A stretch of 64,000 nucleotides of DNA from a virus (Duplodnaviria > Caudoviricetes). The notes under the pieces are model-generated. The model was not told where the DNA came from, made no database searches, and saw only the letters and a program-made list of their open reading frames with translations. Where the stretch lies: the IMG/VR virus record IMGVR_UViG_3300016471_001002, positions 96,001-160,000 of that record; one strand, given 5' to 3'. The stretch's first letter is position 1. Every line of letters begins with the position of its first letter. The translations under genes and the position numbers were made by a program. Of the stretch, positions 1 to 10,026 are shown one piece after another.

Positions 1-54
1 CGTAAAGCGTTATATCGAAAAAGCAGCTAACCGCATTAAGTACGTAAAGGTGAC

Positions 55-555
55 ATGATGTTTAAGAGAGATGTAATCACTACTAAAGTTGATTTAAAAG
101 ATTTTTTAAACAGCGTAATCAAAGAATCTCTTAATTCAAAGAAATCATTAATCAATGAGCAAGAAGAAGAAAAAGAAGCTTTAAAAACGGGCGATGTTTC
201 TGTCGAAGAAGTCATTGATAAACTTAACACAATAAGATCTGGAAAATCATTTAAGAGTGAAGAAATAAAAGCAGCAATGCAAGCTTATCTAAATGATTTA
301 GATGATGCAGAAAAAACAGCATTGTTTGCGTTTTTAAAGGGAATTGCGCAAGTCGTCACAGGCGAAGTTGAAGGCGAAAAAGCCACTGAACCCAGCGATT
401 TTCCTGGAAATGTAAAAATGGAAAAGAAACCTACCTCACAAAAGGTTTCCGTTAAACCAGTCGTCATTAAAAAGCCAGAATCAGAAGGACCTTCAGGCAA
501 AAAACCTAAAGAAGACACATCTCCTCCTGTTCCAATTGAGCCAAAGAAAAAGTAA
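55..555 (+). CDS. Hypothetical phage protein (acidic N-terminal half, Lys/Pro-rich tail)
   Basis: 166-aa ORF colinear with neighbours; contains a ..FLNSVIKESL..LINE helix like other probable virion proteins here. Confidence 0.65.
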   Translation: MMFKRDVITTKVDLKDFLNSVIKESLNSKKSLINEQEEEKEALKTGDVSVEEVIDKLNTIRSGKSFKSEEIKAAMQAYLNDLDDAEKTALFAFLKGIAQVVTGEVEGEKATEPSDFPGNVKMEKKPTSQKVSVKPVVIKKPESEGPSGKKPKEDTSPPVPIEPKKK

Positions 556-580
556 ATTTTAATGTTTTTGGTGTATATTC

Positions 581-772
581 ATGTGTATGGATATACAAGA
601 CGTTAAGTTCATTAAGCTTCCAAACGGAAACACTTTAGAAGTTTCAATCTTTCCTGGGTTTTTAGAAAAAGTTAAAGATCATTTTAATTTGACATCAGCT
701 TCTGACGTTGATGATGATCACATCAGAATGTATATTTATGGTGCATTTAAAGGTGCACTAGATAGACAATGA
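581..772 (+). CDS. Hypothetical protein
   Basis: 63-aa ORF; stop overlaps next start (ATGA at 769-772). Confidence 0.55.
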   Translation: MCMDIQDVKFIKLPNGNTLEVSIFPGFLEKVKDHFNLTSASDVDDDHIRMYIYGAFKGALDRQ

Positions 773-1071
773 GGAAAGATGCCATGATAACTCCTGCTTT
801 GTATGAATTTATAAAACTTACAATTCTCAATGAGAGTCGTGCCAAACAAGCATACTTGTCAGGAGGCAGAATTTCTGAATGGGGATCTGATGATCACATC
901 AAAGATTTAGAAGAACAGATTGAAGAAATTTCTAGAAGAAAATCTAGAGAAAGCAAAGGTTCTGCTCGACGAGCTGAATGGGCAAAAGTTGAATCCAGGC
1001 TTAGAGCTGAATTAAAATCTGCAAAAAGAAAAGCTCAAGTAAAAGCGTTGAACGAAAAAGAAGAGGCTTGA
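769..1071 (+). CDS. Hypothetical protein with charged helix
   Basis: 100-aa ORF coupled to both neighbours. Confidence 0.6.
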   Translation: MRKDAMITPALYEFIKLTILNESRAKQAYLSGGRISEWGSDDHIKDLEEQIEEISRRKSRESKGSARRAEWAKVESRLRAELKSAKRKAQVKALNEKEEA

Positions 1072-1072
1072 C

Positions 1073-2275
1073 ATGGGAGGTGCCGTTGGACATCTGCAAC
1101 ATTTGTATGACAATCGTGATCTCACATTCAATGAGATTGAGGACATTCTCACGGCCGCTGCTTCAGGAAATCTAAAAAAAGTTTCAGAAAAGTTAGATGG
1201 TCTTAACCTCGTTTTTTCTTGGGACGTTTCTGGGGGCATCTTAAAGGTTGCCCGATCTGGGGGAGACATTAAACGTGGAGGAATGGATTCTGAATCTTTG
1301 GCTTCAAAGTTTGCCGGTAGAGGTAATTTGACAGACGCTTTTAATTCTGCTTTTAAAGTTTTGAATGGCGCGTTGTCGACGCTTCCAGACAGGGTCAAAG
1401 AGAAGGTGTTTGGACCCAACGCAAACCACTGGTATTCAATGGAGATCATTTACACGAAGAACCCAAACGTCGTCAACTATGATTCAAACAGTATAGTGTT
1501 TCACGGATGGCCGGTCTTCAAGGTCGAAGAAAACGGTGATGTTCAAATGACTGAAGATGATGCCGGTGGCGTTGACATTTTAACAAACAATATTGATAGG
1601 ATGCAAAAGGCTGTTTCTTCCAATGATTGGAAGGTAAGGGGCCCTGCCCTTGTGCGGATGAAAAAACTTTCCGATGGTTCGATACTGCAATCAACCTTGT
1701 TGAAGATCAAAGCAGCGTTGGACGCCGTTGGACTAGACGGTTCGGCAACCATGAGAGATTTTATTAAAGAAAACATTCAAGCAGATGCTGAATCGCTCGG
1801 ACTGCCATCCAACGTAGTCGACATGCTTGTGCAACGTTGTCTTGCAGAGCCTGGTTCTCCGACCCTGGTCCAAATCAGAAAAAATGCAGATAAATCAGAT
1901 CATGAAACCATCAACGATTTTGTAAAAGAATGTCCTACAAGGTTGAAGGACTATGTACGACCGGTCGAACTTGCAATCAATGATTTTGCGGTTGAATTGT
2001 TGAAAGGTCTCAAGTCTACTTTGATAGATGACACGGATGCAGAAGTGATGAGGCTCAGGTCAGAGGTAGAAAAAGCCGTCGCCATGATCCAGTCATCAGG
2101 AGATGAAAACGCTATGACTATTCTCAACAAGCAACTAGAGAAGCTTGGTTCGGTCAGCGATATAACATCCCCAGTTGAAGGAGTCGTGTTTATTTATAAG
2201 GGAAATGCTTATAAATTTACCGGAAGCTTTAGCGCAGCAAATCAAATCTTGGGAATATTTAGATATCGTAGGTAA
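1073..2275 (+). CDS. Conserved large-phage protein (DUF6267-like, possible ATP-grasp/nucleotidyltransferase-like fold)
   Basis: N-terminal GHLQHLYD, SEKLDGLN, and C-terminal EGVVFIYKG..YKFTGSF motifs resemble a family seen in T4-like and huge phages (from recall). Confidence 0.5.
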   Translation: MGGAVGHLQHLYDNRDLTFNEIEDILTAAASGNLKKVSEKLDGLNLVFSWDVSGGILKVARSGGDIKRGGMDSESLASKFAGRGNLTDAFNSAFKVLNGALSTLPDRVKEKVFGPNANHWYSMEIIYTKNPNVVNYDSNSIVFHGWPVFKVEENGDVQMTEDDAGGVDILTNNIDRMQKAVSSNDWKVRGPALVRMKKLSDGSILQSTLLKIKAALDAVGLDGSATMRDFIKENIQADAESLGLPSNVVDMLVQRCLAEPGSPTLVQIRKNADKSDHETINDFVKECPTRLKDYVRPVELAINDFAVELLKGLKSTLIDDTDAEVMRLRSEVEKAVAMIQSSGDENAMTILNKQLEKLGSVSDITSPVEGVVFIYKGNAYKFTGSFSAANQILGIFRYRR

Positions 2276-2278
2276 AAA

Positions 2279-3265
2279 ATGGAAAATCTTCTAAAAAGAT
2301 ATATTAAAATCCTCATAGAGGCTCCTGGTGTGCTCATGGAAAAAGACTCTACAAAGAAAGTTACATCCAGCCCTTCGGCCGCTATAAAAAAAGTTTCAAA
2401 GGTCAGCTTTGATAATTTAAATCTTTGGCAAGATTTTCCTAGTAAAGTTCCTCTTGTTGGCCGGTCCGGCGTCGGCCCGGGAGAAGACAGGCTAGCTGAC
2501 ATATTTGGTGGAGAAGTTCAGGGGCAGAACGTGTCATTCGATTTAGAGTTTTCATCTGGACCCCTTGCGGGAGTCTGGGAGGTAAAAGCTCCAGACGCGG
2601 AAGGAAATATTCGACCTGGTACTGAAGGTACATCTGCCGTAGCACCACTTATGAAAATTTTAGTGACCGCGTGTGATGAGCTCTATGAGTTTGTAAATTT
2701 TCCTGGCGTCAAAGAGATAACCAAGAACAGCGAATCAAAAGGTCTTTATGATGAGATTGAATCATTCATAAACTTTAAGAAAGACGAAAAAGGAAAAACA
2801 AACTACGAGCTTATTCAAAGCGGAGAAATAAATTCTGAAAGATTCATTTCAGCGAAGAAAGCCGTAGAAGCAGCTTCTAAACTGATCAAAAAAACGCAAG
2901 GAAATCTTTTAACAATCGTTGTTAACAAAAAGAAGTATCAAGTTACTCCTACAAACATGTTAAAGATATCTAAGCTGCTTGGGATGGAACAAGATGAATC
3001 TTCTTCTAACTTGGGAGATATCTCCGCCATCGCTGAAGCGCTATCTGTTTTAAACAGTCCTGTTTTTGCTGATCCATCATTGTTAGATTCTAAATGGAAC
3101 GGAATAAGCCCAGATAACGTTTTTGATGTTACAGGAGTTATTCTTGTTAACGAAAAAGGATTTATGGTCCTTCGTTATCCTTATGGAGACAAGATTAAAA
3201 TCTCTAGAATATCACAAGGCAAGCCAAAATTTAAAGTTCCTCTAAGAGGATCTAAGAGGATCTAA
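2279..3265 (+). CDS. Hypothetical protein, possible PD-(D/E)xK nuclease fold
   Basis: GPGEDRL...SFDLEF...WEVKA resembles the E..D..ExK motif. Confidence 0.4.
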   Translation: MENLLKRYIKILIEAPGVLMEKDSTKKVTSSPSAAIKKVSKVSFDNLNLWQDFPSKVPLVGRSGVGPGEDRLADIFGGEVQGQNVSFDLEFSSGPLAGVWEVKAPDAEGNIRPGTEGTSAVAPLMKILVTACDELYEFVNFPGVKEITKNSESKGLYDEIESFINFKKDEKGKTNYELIQSGEINSERFISAKKAVEAASKLIKKTQGNLLTIVVNKKKYQVTPTNMLKISKLLGMEQDESSSNLGDISAIAEALSVLNSPVFADPSLLDSKWNGISPDNVFDVTGVILVNEKGFMVLRYPYGDKIKISRISQGKPKFKVPLRGSKRI

Positions 3266-3280
3266 GAGGATCTAAGAGGA
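3241..3280 (+). repeat. Perfect tandem repeat (TCTAAGAGGA) x4
   Basis: Four exact 10-bp copies spanning the stop codon of 2279..3265. Confidence 0.95.
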
Positions 3281-3295
3281 AAAGCATAGCTAAAT

Positions 3296-4183
3296 TTAGT
3301 CTTTGATTGTATCAGCACAACATCTAAACCCTTGTTGGTAGAATGCATGACCTGGGCCATGGTTACGGGTCGCAGGACGACATCGAGTTCGAACAGGACC
3401 CCAATATCCTCCTTTGAGAATTGAAGGATACTTACCGGGCCTTGTTGCCACTGTCCATTCATCAACATTACCAATCATGTCATGGACCCCGAATGGACTC
3501 ATACACTGCGGGTCAGATCCTGATAGATGACCTTGCCATAATTTTTGTAGTTCCTCTCCACTGTCCCTTGTCCCCCTCGGAAACATGCGGCGGGTGTCGT
3601 ATTCGAACCACTGTCTGTCTATGTTACATTTTTGAGGATCTCTTATGTAACCATTCGGAAAGGGAAGCGCTTCTTCTCCTTCGCAAGCAAAAGTCCATTC
3701 ATCTTCTGTGCACAATCTTTTGCCTCTAGACTCGCATAACTTTTGTGATTCATCCCACGTTACCATGATCCAAGGTGCGGCTCCGCCTTTATTGGGCCAT
3801 TCGTATGGGTCGATGCAAAAGCTCATGTCTTTCTGTGGAAATTCATCTCTGCTCTTTTCCCACCTCTGTTGATCAAAAGCCGCGCACCGTTCAGGAAAGT
3901 TTCTTTCTATCCATCTGGTACAAGTAACTTTTTGTAGGGTTTCGATGGTGTTGAACGCGTATGGGTTTGGATTAGAGTTTACACGCATCTTGCCGTTGAC
4001 CTCTATCATGTCTCCACCCGGACAATTGATGGACCCCTTGGGGGATAGGCCCGGGTCATTTGCTACGATCCAGTATTTTTTGTCGATGAAGTCCCACTCG
4101 TTGGTTGGAGAACCGATATGTTGGCAATATTCATCACAAACTTGTAATGATAGAATTTGCGAAAAAATGATTTTAAAATTCAT
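3296..4183 (-). CDS. Formylglycine-generating enzyme (FGE/SUMF1-like) domain protein
   Basis: CESRGKRLCTEDEWTFAC, SPFGVHDMIGNVDEW, LKGGYW, QGFRCC; Cys-rich style typical of myxobacterial homologues. Confidence 0.88.
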   Translation of the reverse strand: MNFKIIFSQILSLQVCDEYCQHIGSPTNEWDFIDKKYWIVANDPGLSPKGSINCPGGDMIEVNGKMRVNSNPNPYAFNTIETLQKVTCTRWIERNFPERCAAFDQQRWEKSRDEFPQKDMSFCIDPYEWPNKGGAAPWIMVTWDESQKLCESRGKRLCTEDEWTFACEGEEALPFPNGYIRDPQKCNIDRQWFEYDTRRMFPRGTRDSGEELQKLWQGHLSGSDPQCMSPFGVHDMIGNVDEWTVATRPGKYPSILKGGYWGPVRTRCRPATRNHGPGHAFYQQGFRCCADTIKD

Positions 4184-4203
4184 ATGATGATTTATGTAAT
4201 GAA

Positions 4204-4446
4204 TTATTCAAAAAATTCTATATGATCGACCATTGATTCTAGAATCCATCCTGCGTTTAAGCTTGTGTTGAATACGCATAACCAATTTTGATCGTTTAGC
4301 TTCGTTTTTTGTTTTATGATAATTGCAAGTTGACCTGGTTCAAGAACGTCAGTTCTATAGTAAGAATATCCTGGACCTGATCTTAACACAACAGGAAATT
4401 TTCTTCTATATCCTATTGTGACTAAGTCGCCTATTTGAAAACTCAC
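4204..4446 (-). CDS. Small SH3/KOW-like beta-barrel protein
   Basis: FQIGDLVT start, GQLAIII, NAGWI. Confidence 0.55.
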   Translation of the reverse strand: MSFQIGDLVTIGYRRKFPVVLRSGPGYSYYRTDVLEPGQLAIIIKQKTKLNDQNWLCVFNTSLNAGWILESMVDHIEFFE

Positions 4447-5006
4447 GTGATCAACTCATCGACGCATCCCCATTTAAGAGAATCTTTTGCGTCGAGATAC
4501 CAGTCTTGCTTTTTCTTGTAAACTTTTTCAAGTCTTTCTTTTGTGATCTTTGTGTTTTCAAGCGTCATGTCTTCGATTTTCTGTTGTAAACGCTTCGCTT
4601 CAATGACGTCCTCTTCCACTTCAGCGACTTTACCATGAGTACCCGTGCTAACTTGATGATACATCATTGTTCCATGTTTATGGATTTTTCTATGACGACC
4701 GTGAATTGCGATCATAAACCCGCATGACATAGCGCATCCAGTCACGATAGTGTCAACCGGTGTTCCTTTATCTTTCATAATAGAAAGCAATCCAAAGCAT
4801 TGATACACTGCACCGCCGTATGAATCAATATGAATTACGATTGGTTTAGGTTCGTATGATAAACCAAATAGAGGATAAAGCTTTTTCAGAAATTCGTCGT
4901 GTTCTCTAATATCGATGATCGCTTTTGATAAAGAATTCATTGATTCTTGATCGACTTGATGCGATAAAAACAAATTTCTGTGTGCTGGTCTTTCTAGTTC
5001 GGGCAT
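4443..5006 (-). CDS. clpP: ClpP-family serine protease proteolytic subunit
   Basis: IDSYGGAVY, GCAMSCG (catalytic Ser), MMYHQ (His), DWYLDA..SLKWGCVD (Asp). Confidence 0.85.
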   Translation of the reverse strand: MPELERPAHRNLFLSHQVDQESMNSLSKAIIDIREHDEFLKKLYPLFGLSYEPKPIVIHIDSYGGAVYQCFGLLSIMKDKGTPVDTIVTGCAMSCGFMIAIHGRHRKIHKHGTMMYHQVSTGTHGKVAEVEEDVIEAKRLQQKIEDMTLENTKITKERLEKVYKKKQDWYLDAKDSLKWGCVDELIT

Positions 5007-5043
5007 AATGTGTTAAACGTATATTATTAAAAAAAAATGTATA

Positions 5044-5292
5044 TTAAGTTATTTTCTTAAGGTAATTCACGTTAACCCATCCAACAATATTTTTTTCTGT
5101 GCAAACTTTTGCGCCTATTGTTCCCTTGTGTCCGTCTTTAGAGTTACAAAGTTCAATAACAATAGCTGTTTCTTTTTTGTTGAAAATACCGACTATGTTT
5201 GGCCAAAAAACTAAAACTGATTCATCGTAGTCATCCCATGTCTCCCAAAGAGTCAAAGAATCCATTAGGCCAATGTTATGTAACACGACCAA
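5044..5292 (-). CDS. Small SH3/KOW-like protein (start uncertain; frame extends upstream through PGDLV)
   Basis: PGDLVVL, ETAIVIE, KNIVGWV. Confidence 0.5.
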   Translation of the reverse strand: MVVLHNIGLMDSLTLWETWDDYDESVLVFWPNIVGIFNKKETAIVIELCNSKDGHKGTIGAKVCTEKNIVGWVNVNYLKKIT

Positions 5293-5539
5293 ATCTCCTG
5301 GACATGGAACTGCACATTTTTTTTGATAGAATTTTATTTTATTTAAATTCCTTATCTTGATCTAATCCATCCAATTCGACGATTAAATCTGTTAGTTGTT
5401 TTATTTCTTTAGAAAAATCTTTTCCAAGACTTCTAAGTTCTTGAATGAGTTCATTTAATTCCGTTATCTCTTGTAAAAGAGACTCGCGTTTGCTCGTCAT
5501 AACGTCACCTACGCTGATTGTAAGTATTACTGACGAACG

Positions 5540-5773
5540 TCAAAAACTAGAAATCCATATTCTCGGAACGTATCCTGTTAATCCAGAGTTCGTTAAAATT
5601 TTATACCAATTAATTTTTTGACCTTTTTCTTTGAAAAGCCCGATGACAATTGCTGTTTCTTTACAAGAGAACTCAGTATCCAAAATGAATAAATCATCAT
5701 CTGTTATTTTATAAAATTGCCTTTTACCAGAAAAAGTAGGCTTAACTAGTTGTCCTATAGAAAAAATGTTCAT
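5540..5773 (-). CDS. Small SH3/KOW-like protein
   Basis: FSIGQLVK, ETAIVIG, KILTNSGLTGYV. Confidence 0.55.
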   Translation of the reverse strand: MNIFSIGQLVKPTFSGKRQFYKITDDDLFILDTEFSCKETAIVIGLFKEKGQKINWYKILTNSGLTGYVPRIWISSF

Positions 5774-5900
5774 TAAATGAATAAATTATTTAATGGAAGT
5801 TTTTTTATTTTTATTGAAAAACTTTTTAGAATTTTTAGGGAAGTTATTTTTGTCTCTTGGGGTTGTATCAAAGGCAATTTCTTTTCTTTACCTCGATTGA

Positions 5901-6170
5901 TCAAGGTTCATCACCTTTAACATTCTCATCATAAGAATCTAAATCGTTTAACTCAAGGTTTTCACGTTCATAAAGGGGTTTTTCACAAAGAAAATCTTCT
6001 TTTTGATCTTGCATTGCTTCTTGAAACTCTACGACATTAGCAGATTGTGATTCTTGGTGAATCATTGGTTCATCATATGATGAATTTTTTGTCAAAGGGT
6101 CATTTGGCAAAATGGAAGTGCAAAATGCAAAAATATACGTTGAATAACAAATAAATTTAATTGAGTTCAT
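5901..6170 (-). CDS. Hypothetical protein with hydrophobic N-terminus and acidic tail
   Basis: 89-aa ORF overlapping the aceA stop by 4 nt. Confidence 0.5.
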   Translation of the reverse strand: MNSIKFICYSTYIFAFCTSILPNDPLTKNSSYDEPMIHQESQSANVVEFQEAMQDQKEDFLCEKPLYERENLELNDLDSYDENVKGDEP

Positions 6171-7420
6171 TTTGAAAATTGTTGGGTTTCTGTGGAATGC
6201 TCTAGAGCCAATGTTGATGAAGTACCACCTGTGATGACTTTAGATACTTCATCGAAGTATCCTGTCCCAACTTCTCGTTGGTGTTTTGTAGCCGTATATC
6301 CAAATTGTTCTGAAGCAAACTCTGCTTGTTGCAGTTCAGAATATGCGGCCATTCCTCTGTCCTTGTAAGCACGAGAAAGTTCGAACATTCCATAATTCAA
6401 TGAATGGAATCCGGCGAGTGTGACGAATTGGAATTTGTAACCCATTGCTCCAAGTTCACGTTGAAACTTTGCAATGGTAGCATCGTCGAGCTTCTTCTTC
6501 CAGTTAAACGATGGTGAACAATTGTACGCCAATGGCTTGCCTGGGAATTTTGCATGAATTCCTTCCGCAAATGTTTTTGCTTCTTCGAGATCAGGAGTTG
6601 AAGTTTCCATCCAGATCATGTCCGCGTAAGGTGCATATGCTAATCCGCGGGCGATGCAACGTTCCATTCCTGTTCCGCTAAGGTAATGGAATCCTTCAGG
6701 GGTTCTTTTGTTGGGTTCGATATAAGCATGGTCATACGGATCAGCGTCGCTTGTAATAAGATTTGCAGACTCTGCATCCGTCCTAGCAATGATAACTGTT
6801 GGAACGTCACAAACATCTGCTGCTAAACGAGCAGCTGTTAATGTACGAATAAATTGTGATGTTGGAACAAGAACTTTTCCTCCAAGATGACCGCACTTCT
6901 TTTCAGAAGCAAGTTGGTCTTCCCAATGCACTGCCGCTGCTCCTGCCTCAATCATTGCCTTCATCAATTCATATGCATTAAGAGGTCCTCCAAATCCTGC
7001 TTCTGCGTCTGCGACGATGGGAACCATCCAATGTTTATTGTTATCAGGATTCTCTGCATGCTCAATCTGTTCAGCACGCAAAAGAGCTTGATTAATTCTT
7101 TTGACGATGGTAGGTACGCTGTTTACGGGATACAGGCTCTGATCTGGATATGTGTTCCCTGATAAATTTGCATCTGCTGCGACCTGCCAACCTGAAAGAT
7201 AAATTGCTTCAAGACCGGCTTTTACCTGTTGAACAGCCATTGCACCAGTCGATGCCCCAAGCGCATTGATGTATGGTTTTTCATTGATCAATTTCCAGAA
7301 TCTTTCTGCGCCGAGTCGGGCTAACGTATGTTCGACCCTAGTCTTTCCACGAAGCTTTTCGACATCAGTTTCGTTATAAAGTCTTTTAATGTTTGCAAAT
7401 CTATCTTTCATAATCATCAT
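6167..7420 (-). CDS. aceA: Isocitrate lyase (glyoxylate shunt)
   Basis: [21 protein letters not shown], catalytic KKCGH motif, [32 protein letters not shown] all intact. Confidence 0.97.
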   Translation of the reverse strand: MMIMKDRFANIKRLYNETDVEKLRGKTRVEHTLARLGAERFWKLINEKPYINALGASTGAMAVQQVKAGLEAIYLSGWQVAADANLSGNTYPDQSLYPVNSVPTIVKRINQALLRAEQIEHAENPDNNKHWMVPIVADAEAGFGGPLNAYELMKAMIEAGAAAVHWEDQLASEKKCGHLGGKVLVPTSQFIRTLTAARLAADVCDVPTVIIARTDAESANLITSDADPYDHAYIEPNKRTPEGFHYLSGTGMERCIARGLAYAPYADMIWMETSTPDLEEAKTFAEGIHAKFPGKPLAYNCSPSFNWKKKLDDATIAKFQRELGAMGYKFQFVTLAGFHSLNYGMFELSRAYKDRGMAAYSELQQAEFASEQFGYTATKHQREVGTGYFDEVSKVITGGTSSTLALEHSTETQQFSK

Positions 7421-7472
7421 CCAAAAGCAATGAGGTTAATTTATAGTTTAGTTTATAAATTTATAAAACTTT

Positions 7473-8069
7473 TTAAATTTTGTTTTCTAAAATTGTCTTT
7501 ACGTATTTTCTTAGTAAGTTTTCTCCGACTATTTCGTCTTGCAACAGTTCGAATATCTCTTTTCCATGCTGCTGAATCGCTTGGGGCAATAAGGCGACAA
7601 ACCCCACAAGATCTCCGTCTTCGAGGAATTCTCGCATTTCCGTTCCACTGACTTGCACAGTTTCAGATCTGCTAATCCCTCGCCGGACGATTTGTCCGTT
7701 CGTGAATAATGTTGGAGCAGCTTTTATCAAGCTTTCATCGGTGTACTTTAAGATGTCTTCTTCATCAGAATAAATTGTATAAATGTCGGTTGATCCTTCT
7801 GCTTCTGCTTTTTCTAATTCTAGATAAACTTTGCTGACTGGTATGCCACCATAATCTGGCGTTACGTTTTCAGGTAACGTTGGTTCTATGTAATCCCACC
7901 AAATCGTTTGCATGGTATCGCCGCTAACCTTTAATTCCCCTGATCTGGTCCTGTCAGATGTAGATACAAAAAGTTTAACGATGTCATTTTCATTTGACGC
8001 AATTCTAACAAGACCATCATGCCCAGCATGATAAGGTTTTGCAGACATAGGAACTAAACCAATCTTCAT
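7473..8069 (-). CDS. Cytidylyltransferase-like (HxGH) nucleotidyltransferase
   Basis: MSAKPYHAGH motif and C-terminal VSGTEMR (SxT-like); start placed at MKIGL. Confidence 0.7.
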   Translation of the reverse strand: MKIGLVPMSAKPYHAGHDGLVRIASNENDIVKLFVSTSDRTRSGELKVSGDTMQTIWWDYIEPTLPENVTPDYGGIPVSKVYLELEKAEAEGSTDIYTIYSDEEDILKYTDESLIKAAPTLFTNGQIVRRGISRSETVQVSGTEMREFLEDGDLVGFVALLPQAIQQHGKEIFELLQDEIVGENLLRKYVKTILENKI

Positions 8070-8101
8070 AGACCTATATTTATGTAGCAATAGTAATAAA
8101 T

Positions 8102-8536
8102 TTGATGATTATGTTTATTAAACCAGCTATATCATGCGGAGCAGTTGTTTATAAGAAAGAACAAGGAAAAACTTTTGTTCTTCTTGTAAAGCAATCTGGA
8201 CATACGCTAGGCTGGGGGATCCCAAAAGGCCATATGGAGCCTGGAGAAACTTATTCAAAAACAGCAATTAGAGAAGTAAAAGAAGAAGCAGGAATCGATA
8301 TTAAAATTTTAACTCGTTTGCCTCATGCTACTTTGACAAGAAAAAATTATAAAAAAATCGTTGTTCCTTATTTAGCTATTCAAATTGATGATTCAGTTCC
8401 TAGATGCGATCATAAAATGAGCGAAGTGGTCGACGTTAAATGGTTTGATGCAGAATTTTTACCTCAAATATACCCTTATCAAAAACCAATTATTGATGCT
8501 GCAATGCTCATCTTAGGAGGATATGTCAATGGATAA
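8102..8536 (+). CDS. NUDIX hydrolase
   Basis: Nudix box GHMEPGETYSKTAIREVKEEAG preceded by WGIPK. Confidence 0.92.
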   Translation: MMIMFIKPAISCGAVVYKKEQGKTFVLLVKQSGHTLGWGIPKGHMEPGETYSKTAIREVKEEAGIDIKILTRLPHATLTRKNYKKIVVPYLAIQIDDSVPRCDHKMSEVVDVKWFDAEFLPQIYPYQKPIIDAAMLILGGYVNG

Positions 8537-8774
8537 ATTCATTTTAGATGAAGCTATATCCATTGTTTCATCTTATGTGGGCCCGACTAATAATTGGATG
8601 ATTATAAAAAAGGAATTATTAAAAACTCTATCTCCACAAGATAGAATGTATTTTTCTACAAGAGATCCAGTCACGAAGAAGCAAACGATGAATACTTTTG
8701 AAAAAATCGTTGCAGAAAAATGGCGCGACAAGACAGGAATATACCCCATACTTATTGACCGTAATGAAAGATGA
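8523..8774 (+). CDS. Hypothetical protein
   Basis: 83-aa ORF overlapping both neighbours. Confidence 0.55.
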   Translation: MSMDKFILDEAISIVSSYVGPTNNWMIIKKELLKTLSPQDRMYFSTRDPVTKKQTMNTFEKIVAEKWRDKTGIYPILIDRNER

Positions 8775-9678
8775 ACAAGAAATTATAAGAGAATTTATTA
8801 GAGAGTCTCTTTTGGTTGAGGATGGTGCTTCTTTTCGTCGCAGCATGGGCGCTGCGGTTGGAAAACTTAAAGATGTTGCAGTGGGAGAATTTAAAAATGT
8901 CTTTGCTGCGGTAAAACAGCTTGCTGGAATAACATTTGAAGCGGTCAAGGAAGTTGGATCTTTGGGTTTATTCAAGGCTAACTACGATAAAGTAAAAGAA
9001 AATTACCAAAAAAACCTTCAAGAAATCGACTTCAAATATGGCGATGCTATTCGTGAGGCTAGAGGGAACGTCGATATTGCACTAGCACCTTTAAAAGCAG
9101 CAACAAAAGCCGGTTTTGGAGCGACTGCTCTTGCGTTTTTTGCAGTTAACCCGTTGGCTTTCATTGCAGCAGGAGCTGCTGCTTCCGTTGCAGGAACTGG
9201 AATAAAAAAAGCTGCTGAAAAAGGAAAAGAAGTCATAGATAAAGCTGAAAAAGCAATTGATAAAATGGCTTATGGTGAAAAAGAAGCCGCTGGTGCAACA
9301 GAAATCACAAATGAGCAATGGGTGAAAGACGCGAAAGCTGACGTGTTGAAGGCGTCAGAAAGCTATTACCAACAAATAAAAGAGCAAATTAACAAGGTTT
9401 TATCTGCTTCTAAGATCGAAGATTTAGGTTTACCAGCTGAACTAGTAAAAAAATTGCAAACAGATGAAAAGAATAAACAAATTGTCCTAAAAGCCAGCAA
9501 AGGTATGGCGTTGAATTCAATTCTTTCTTCTGTAAAGCAAGATAAACAAAGAGTTATCGATGATGCTAAGAAAGCAGGATTATCAGATAAGATAATTTAT
9601 GATAGCAAAAGTTACATAAAAATTTATGATAAGCTCATCAATGAAATTAATGCAGCATTAAAATCTGCAGCGGCATGA
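8764..9678 (+). CDS. Hypothetical Ala/Lys-rich helical protein, possible virion or membrane protein
   Basis: Start placed at MKDEQEIIREFIRESLLVE; central hydrophobic Ala-rich stretch. Confidence 0.6.
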   Translation: MKDEQEIIREFIRESLLVEDGASFRRSMGAAVGKLKDVAVGEFKNVFAAVKQLAGITFEAVKEVGSLGLFKANYDKVKENYQKNLQEIDFKYGDAIREARGNVDIALAPLKAATKAGFGATALAFFAVNPLAFIAAGAAASVAGTGIKKAAEKGKEVIDKAEKAIDKMAYGEKEAAGATEITNEQWVKDAKADVLKASESYYQQIKEQINKVLSASKIEDLGLPAELVKKLQTDEKNKQIVLKASKGMALNSILSSVKQDKQRVIDDAKKAGLSDKIIYDSKSYIKIYDKLINEINAALKSAAA

Positions 9679-9720
9679 AATTTTCTAAACATATCGAGCG
9701 CATCCTGTATAGTTTACAGT

Positions 9721-10026
9721 ATGCCGAAACGACAACAAAAAAATTATAACGTGGACATCATGCAACCAGATGAACTTGGAGAGCTCAAGAAGCTTGTCAA
9801 GGAATTTGTGTCTAGAATTGAAAATGTCGACAACGAAATTGAACTTTTAAAAAGCGATAGAAAAGAACTCATTGAAGAGTATTCTACAAAGCTTGACTTG
9901 AAAGTACTTCAAGCCGCAATGAGAGTTGTTAAGATCAAGCAAGGCGTTGCTCATAAAGACACGTTTGATCTTTTCTTAGAAGTTTTAGATCCAGAACCAG
10001 GATCTGATTCAGCGAGTGAATCATGA
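9721..10026 (+). CDS. GapR/phage DsbA-like dsDNA-binding protein
   Basis: LVKEFVSRIENVDNEIELLKSDRKELIEE..KLDLKVLQAAMRVVK matches the family pattern. Confidence 0.65.
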   Translation: MPKRQQKNYNVDIMQPDELGELKKLVKEFVSRIENVDNEIELLKSDRKELIEEYSTKLDLKVLQAAMRVVKIKQGVAHKDTFDLFLEVLDPEPGSDSASES

